Source: Candidatus Uhrbacteria bacterium RIFOXYC2_FULL_47_19
GTDB lineage: Bacteria; Patescibacteriota; Patescibacteriia; SG8-24
Reading direction: 5' to 3'
Length of the DNA stretch: 64,000 bases
NCBI GenBank assembly: GCA_001791745.1
Contig: MGFG01000032.1
Coordinates: 3,775 to 67,774 of the forward strand
Part shown: piece by piece, positions 59,445 through 64,000 of the stretch
Layout of the letters: each line of letters starts with the position of its first letter
How positions within the stretch are numbered: position 1 is the first letter of the stretch
Position numbers and translations under genes: made by a program
The notes under the pieces: model-generated
What the model saw: the letters and a program-made list of their open reading frames with translations, nothing else
What the model was told of the DNA's origin: nothing
Databases searched by the model: none

Positions 59445-59582
59445 CTACTCTTCGTCATCGTCCGACTCGAAGTCGTCGTCCTCGTCGTCCATGTCCTCAT
59501 CGTCGGACCCAACGGACTCGCAGTCTGAGCAGAGCTGGTCCTGATTCGGTTCCAGCTCGGCGCCACAGGAAACACATTCCAT
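59445..59582 (-). CDS. 45-aa zinc-ribbon protein with an acidic tail (not in the ORF track)
   Basis: MECVSCGAELEPNQDQLCSDCESVGSDDEDMDDEDDDFESDDDEE; own promoter TTGCAC-16-TATAAT (TG-extended) at 59650-59623 and a downstream terminator. Confidence 0.8.
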   Translation of the reverse strand: MECVSCGAELEPNQDQLCSDCESVGSDDEDMDDEDDDFESDDDEE

Positions 59583-59808
59583 ATTCGGCAGCGTACGAAT
59601 TATTGAATGATTTAGCGACCGGATTATACCAATCCGAATATATTGTGCAAGACCCCTTTTAAGGTCAATTTTTACCCAAGAATTAGCGAATTTTTTCTAA
59701 CCAACCTAATCGTTTATCGTGAGCTAGCAGAGTTATCCACGACTTCTAGCCTTCTAAAATACCTTAGACCTTGTCCGCTCATAGCTACAACGCTACTCTA
59801 ATTTCCAT

Positions 59809-60180
59809 ATGGACATCCTCGTTTTTGGCAACACAGTATACGAACCAGACTCACTACCGCTTAAAGTTCTACCTGATTTACGTCGTCAACTACCTGGCAA
59901 TCGTTTTCTAACTCTTGATCCTAATGAAGAGTGGGACATAAGTGGTGATCTGATTGTCATTGACACAGTCATCAATCTGAGTGAACCAACAATCTTTAAG
60001 TCACTCAATGCTTTCCAGACGTCACCACGCTGCTCGACCCATGACTTTGACGCGCTAGCCCAGCTACGACTACTCGACAAACTAGGCCGAATCGGCCGAG
60101 TGACGGTAATCGGCCTGCCGCCGCAGATGAGTGAAGCTGCAGCTTCGGACTTCATTGCTACCGTATTGGCGGAATTATGA
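59809..60180 (+). CDS. Hydrogenase maturation protease-like protein (short)
   Basis: ILVFGN....D, VIDTV and STHDF resemble HybD/HycI motifs; next to the hydrogenase. Confidence 0.7.
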   Translation: MDILVFGNTVYEPDSLPLKVLPDLRRQLPGNRFLTLDPNEEWDISGDLIVIDTVINLSEPTIFKSLNAFQTSPRCSTHDFDALAQLRLLDKLGRIGRVTVIGLPPQMSEAAASDFIATVLAEL

Positions 60181-60233
60181 TATCGATTACAGAAAAACGC
60201 CCTATTTGGGAGCGTTTCTTTTTTTCTATATTT

Positions 60234-60437
60234 TCAAGAACACTCACTTAATTGACTCGCAAGGCAGGGCACTAGATTTTTCAACAACACAATGCGTTCG
60301 TCCGTATCGTTAATGAACGTCAACTTGTCATCAAGTAAGTAAAAGAACAGTCTAGCTGAGGTTAATAATGTAAAGATACCAATAATCAACCCGAGAACAA
60401 CGACCGGAATCAGGAGCAGGAGTCTTGCCTTACTCAT
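60234..60437 (-). CDS. Small single-TM hypothetical protein
   Basis: ATG overlaps the hydrogenase stop (ATGA); long hydrophobic N-terminal helix. Confidence 0.55.
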   Translation of the reverse strand: MSKARLLLLIPVVVLGLIIGIFTLLTSARLFFYLLDDKLTFINDTDERIVLLKNLVPCLASQLSECS

Positions 60438-61729
60438 ACCAAATCCCAGTTAACTTTTAGGAAGTGCGTGGCGCAACTCATACAAGGGTCGTAGGCTCGG
60501 ATGAGTTTCTCGATCTCATGCTCAATGGTCGACCTATCCGTGTCAGGCAGCAGTCCATCGACCAATCCGGCGATGTCACGCTCGATGTTAATTTGATTTT
60601 GCCCAGTAGGAACGATGACCTCGCCACGTCGAACCAAACCATCTTCTCCGACTACAATCTTGTGATAGAGCGTCCCGCGTGGCGCCTCGACTACGCCAAT
60701 TCCCTCTCCTTCACAAATCTCCGGCTTGATAGGCGTCTCGATCACAAATTCACGCCCCTGCAATAGTTCGATCGCATGATCAATGCTATGCAAAAGTTCG
60801 ATCGCCTGTGCCAAGTTATTGCGGTAGATGTTGGTAGAAGGAAAAAGCTTAAGTGTCTTGCTAAGTGACTTCCTAGTCTGCGGGTGTAACGTCTCTTTAG
60901 CTAGATTTAATCGAGCCAGCGAACCAACCATAAATGGTCTCCCTTCGTGTGTATAGGCCGAAGCGGTCGAGTACGGTAACACTACGTGTTCCAGTAGATC
61001 CGGATAACGCTTCTCGTTATACCGTTCGCCCTGACTCGTAACCACCTCACCGTCTAGGAACCAATAATTTCCCTCCGGTACCAACGCCTGATAGTCCATG
61101 TCGCGATCGAAACTCCAGTCGCAACGTTCAAAGGTCGCGATGCAACGCAAAGCCGCCGGACGTGCTGCCTCCAATTTGCGCACTGCTTCCTCGATCTCCT
61201 CTTTGGATGGCAAATGATTGAATCCACCGAGAGTGGGAAAAGTCGCATGAACCGACCGACCGGCCACGATCTGAGCCAGGTAATTACCTGCTGCCTTAAT
61301 TTCAAAACAATCGTGCAAATGCTGATGCTGTTCTTCATCATTCTCATCGAAAGAGAGAAAATTGTCTTTGTTGTATAGATCCGGCATGACAAAAATGTAC
61401 AGATGTAGAGCGTGATCGCGAATGTTCAATCCGTACATGGTTAGATGGCGAAGATCCATGGTCTGAAGCGACGGCTGCAAGCCAATTGCATTCTCACAAG
61501 CTTCAATAGCACACATGATATGAGCATTCGAACAAGTACCACAGATTCTCGATAGTAACGGCGGAATAGCCACGAGTGGTTTACCCTCAACCGCTTTAGA
61601 AAAGAAACGTTTATACTCCTGAATCTGATAGTGAACATGCTCTACCTTACCATCGCGAATACGTAAGTCGAGTTTGGCGTGACCTTCAACCTTACTAATG
61701 GCGTCGAGCGAGATGTCTTGAGAATGCAT
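60434..61729 (-). CDS. NiFe hydrogenase large subunit, group 3(b)-like
   Basis: KVEGHA, L1 SRICGTCSNAH, EAPRGTLYH, L2 AYDPCMSCATH plus a C-terminal extension. Confidence 0.93.
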   Translation of the reverse strand: MHSQDISLDAISKVEGHAKLDLRIRDGKVEHVHYQIQEYKRFFSKAVEGKPLVAIPPLLSRICGTCSNAHIMCAIEACENAIGLQPSLQTMDLRHLTMYGLNIRDHALHLYIFVMPDLYNKDNFLSFDENDEEQHQHLHDCFEIKAAGNYLAQIVAGRSVHATFPTLGGFNHLPSKEEIEEAVRKLEAARPAALRCIATFERCDWSFDRDMDYQALVPEGNYWFLDGEVVTSQGERYNEKRYPDLLEHVVLPYSTASAYTHEGRPFMVGSLARLNLAKETLHPQTRKSLSKTLKLFPSTNIYRNNLAQAIELLHSIDHAIELLQGREFVIETPIKPEICEGEGIGVVEAPRGTLYHKIVVGEDGLVRRGEVIVPTGQNQINIERDIAGLVDGLLPDTDRSTIEHEIEKLIRAYDPCMSCATHFLKVNWDLV

Positions 61730-61741
61730 AGGCTTCAGGTA

Positions 61742-62251
61742 TTACTTTTCTGAGGACCAACTGGCCTTAATCTGAGCCACAGCCGAGTCAACCGTATCGA
61801 GAAAACGCTGTGGATCCATTGGACAACCTGGTACTTCGGCGTCAACCTTAATCACATCACTCAACTTGAGTACCTGATCCAAGTGACCGAAGCGTTCGAC
61901 TAGAAACTCAACATCCTGCTTCTGTTCGTCACTAAACAAATTACGTTGAGCTGATGGCATGCCAGTTACAGCACAAGAACCGATTGCAACTACCAAAGTC
62001 GCTAACTTTCTAATTTCGCGAATCTTCTCAGCTTGTGGTTCACCAGCTACAGCTCCTTCAATGAAGGCGATGTCCATTTGATCAAGAACATTGTTGGTTT
62101 GTAGTACACGAGCATGCCGGAAATCAAATAACTCACGCCACTCCTGCCAACGCTCATTTAGGAGCTCCGTCATGACAATGGTGTTATCCTCGCAACAAGC
62201 GAAACTAAACCAGCCAATACGCACTTTCCTGGGCTTGTCTTGTTCATTCAT
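61742..62251 (-). CDS. NiFe hydrogenase small subunit (short, proximal-cluster domain only)
   Basis: FACCED, FIEGA, AIGSCA, VPGCP; no C-terminal cluster domain. Confidence 0.85.
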   Translation of the reverse strand: MNEQDKPRKVRIGWFSFACCEDNTIVMTELLNERWQEWRELFDFRHARVLQTNNVLDQMDIAFIEGAVAGEPQAEKIREIRKLATLVVAIGSCAVTGMPSAQRNLFSDEQKQDVEFLVERFGHLDQVLKLSDVIKVDAEVPGCPMDPQRFLDTVDSAVAQIKASWSSEK

Positions 62252-62260
62252 AAAAATCGT

Positions 62261-63505
62261 TTAGTCTTTCGGTAAAAGTGCCATCAAATCTGATTCCGGA
62301 TCTGATAATAACTCTAGTTGATTAGAGATATTAACAGCACTCTCAATAGCCGACTTAATCGGAGCTAAATCCTCGCCACGATTAATCAGGAAAGCGCCAG
62401 CAATTCGTTGATTATTTCGAACAACTAGACAACCGTACGAGTTAGACTCCACTCGGCCACGAGGAAAAAGTTGACTATCTTTGCATCTAACCTGGCCAAC
62501 AAAAACTAAACTCAAACCAAAGCCATGAGAAGTGTATGACGACACGATCCGATAAGGCAGACGCTTGCCAAGCATATTAAGTGCAGCAGTCCGCCCTTGC
62601 TCTTGAGCATCCAACCAAGTTCCGCAAATATACGGCTCACCAATAGCTGGATCGTTTAGCTCGGCAACATCACCCGCTGCCCAAATTCCATCTAGGTTAG
62701 TTTTTAAATACTCATTGGTTCTGATACCACGACCAACCGTAATTCCAGCTTGCTCCAGCCAACCACCATCAAACTGCACACCGATACCAATTACTAGCAA
62801 ATCACAATCGATACTGGTTCCATCCTTCAATTTAACACCTTCAACTTTATCCTGACCCAAAACCTCAGCAATTTCAGAATTTAGACGAACCGTAACTCCA
62901 CCACCAATTAATGCTCGCTCGATGATCTGGCCGGCATCTTGATCCAGAACTGGTTCCCAAAAGTAAGATTCACGCACTACTACGTCAACTCCCAAGCCAG
63001 CTAATCGTAATAAGTTACACATCTCAAAACTGACGAAACCAGCACCGATGACTACCGCCCTTTTGGCGTGCTTAATTTCCGTCATGACCGCCTGTGCATC
63101 ATTTACTGTCTTCATATAGCTGACGCCGGTCTTTTCTGCCAGTCCTGGCACATTTAATTGTCTAACCGGACAACCAGTGGCCAAAAGTAATTGACCAAAA
63201 CCAAGTTCAATACCATCATCAAGTGTCACCTTATTATCTTTAGTAGAAAGCTGTTCAGCACGATGCCCAGATAAAAAATCAATTCCCCGTTCAGCATAGT
63301 GTTCCGGCTGTCTCATCCAGATTGTCTCGAACGGTATTTTACCTAAAAAAAGATTTGGTTTAGATAATAAAATACGCGAATAGAGCGGATACGGCTCATC
63401 CGAAACAATAGCCACCCGTGCGGAAGGTTTCTCTTTCTTTAACGTTTCAGCGGCGGTCGTCCCTGCGATACCGCCGCCAATAATCAGATAATCGTACTTT
63501 TCCAT
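62261..63505 (-). CDS. FAD-dependent pyridine nucleotide oxidoreductase (ferredoxin/rubredoxin reductase-like)
   Basis: IIGGGIAG, LLLATG, VIGAGFV, WAAGDVAE. Confidence 0.92.
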   Translation of the reverse strand: MEKYDYLIIGGGIAGTTAAETLKKEKPSARVAIVSDEPYPLYSRILLSKPNLFLGKIPFETIWMRQPEHYAERGIDFLSGHRAEQLSTKDNKVTLDDGIELGFGQLLLATGCPVRQLNVPGLAEKTGVSYMKTVNDAQAVMTEIKHAKRAVVIGAGFVSFEMCNLLRLAGLGVDVVVRESYFWEPVLDQDAGQIIERALIGGGVTVRLNSEIAEVLGQDKVEGVKLKDGTSIDCDLLVIGIGVQFDGGWLEQAGITVGRGIRTNEYLKTNLDGIWAAGDVAELNDPAIGEPYICGTWLDAQEQGRTAALNMLGKRLPYRIVSSYTSHGFGLSLVFVGQVRCKDSQLFPRGRVESNSYGCLVVRNNQRIAGAFLINRGEDLAPIKSAIESAVNISNQLELLSDPESDLMALLPKD

Positions 63506-63519
63506 CTGTCGAAATTTTA

Positions 63520-63801
63520 TTAGGCCGGAAAGATCTGGTTACCGGATTCATCATAAAGATAGATGGCTCGAACCGGACAGGATTGAGCTGCAGCTAAAAG
63601 CGTATCATCAGAAATATCTCCATCTTCGAGGTCGATTTTACCAGTTTGGTCCGAAACTCGTTCACCGCTCTTTCTCTTTAATACAGCCTTTTGCTCAGCA
63701 TCGAGTTCAAATACACTACCAGCTGCTGCTACACAAGGTGCAGCTCCAATGCAACTGTCACGATCAACTTTGATACTAGCGATCTTTTTCTCTTCTGACA
63801 T
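63520..63801 (-). CDS. Single-cluster ferredoxin (possibly [3Fe-4S])
   Basis: VDRDSCIGAAPC ... AAQSCPVRAI; the second Cys is replaced by Ala. Confidence 0.88.
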   Translation of the reverse strand: MSEEKKIASIKVDRDSCIGAAPCVAAAGSVFELDAEQKAVLKRKSGERVSDQTGKIDLEDGDISDDTLLAAAQSCPVRAIYLYDESGNQIFPA

Positions 63802-63835
63802 AAATGTAGGATTAATTTTAAATACCTAAAAAATT

Positions 63836-64000
63836 TTATTTATCCGATTTAACCTTAGCAGCCCGTTCCCTTAATAGCCGCTCAGTTTTCTTATTACAAA
63901 TCTCAATCGCTGCATCTGGACAAATCTGCTCACAAAGTTCACAGCCAATGCAGATGGCAGTATCGATTTTGATTGCTGGTTCACCTAGTAAGCCCAGTTC
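63836..64000 (-). CDS. 4Fe-4S ferredoxin-type protein, 3' end only (not in the ORF track)
   Basis: Translated by hand: ELGLLGEPAIKIDTAICIGCELCEQICPDAAIEICNKK...; CxxCxxCxxxCP motif. Confidence 0.85.
   Translation of the reverse strand, partial: ELGLLGEPAIKIDTAICIGCELCEQICPDAAIEICNKKTERLLRERAAKVKSDK

Noticed and set aside
59366-59575. 69-aa Thr-rich ORF from the track
   Set aside because: It is a shifted-frame shadow of the 45-aa Zn-ribbon/acidic ORF and runs through the terminator into pepF.
59445-59582. LysW amino-group carrier assignment
   Set aside because: CGAELE is similar, but the C-terminal EDWGE motif and lysX/argX neighbours are missing.

Overview
Chromosomal housekeeping window from a reduced-genome bacterium. 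Gene content and protein types fit Patescibacteria/CPR (Parcubacteria/ABY1-like); this is inferred from gene content only. Left to right: glycosyltransferases, fmt-def-priA, lexA, clpB (CIRCE), gltX, serS-alr-(internally deleted ddl)-ftsQ, greA-lysS, mreBCD-mrdA, a UvrD-type helicase-nuclease, a complete F1Fo atp operon, two tatD genes, metG-rsmI-thiI, an Rrf2-sufBDSUC operon, a Cas4-like nuclease, VIT1, pepF and a group-3-like NiFe hydrogenase/ferredoxin cluster. I found no rRNA, tRNA, CRISPR array or transposase. The strongest signals missing from the ORF track are five. (1) A Ser-run leader peptide with alternative terminator/antiterminator hairpins upstream of serS, i.e. a putative serine-sensing ribosome-mediated attenuator. 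(2) A ~280-nt structured RNA candidate between lexA and clpB with raiA-motif-like words. (3) A 45-aa Zn-ribbon protein with an acidic tail. (4) An in-frame deleted mini-Ddl. (5) Repeated promoter geometry implying leaderless mRNAs. All calls were made by eye; no searches were run.
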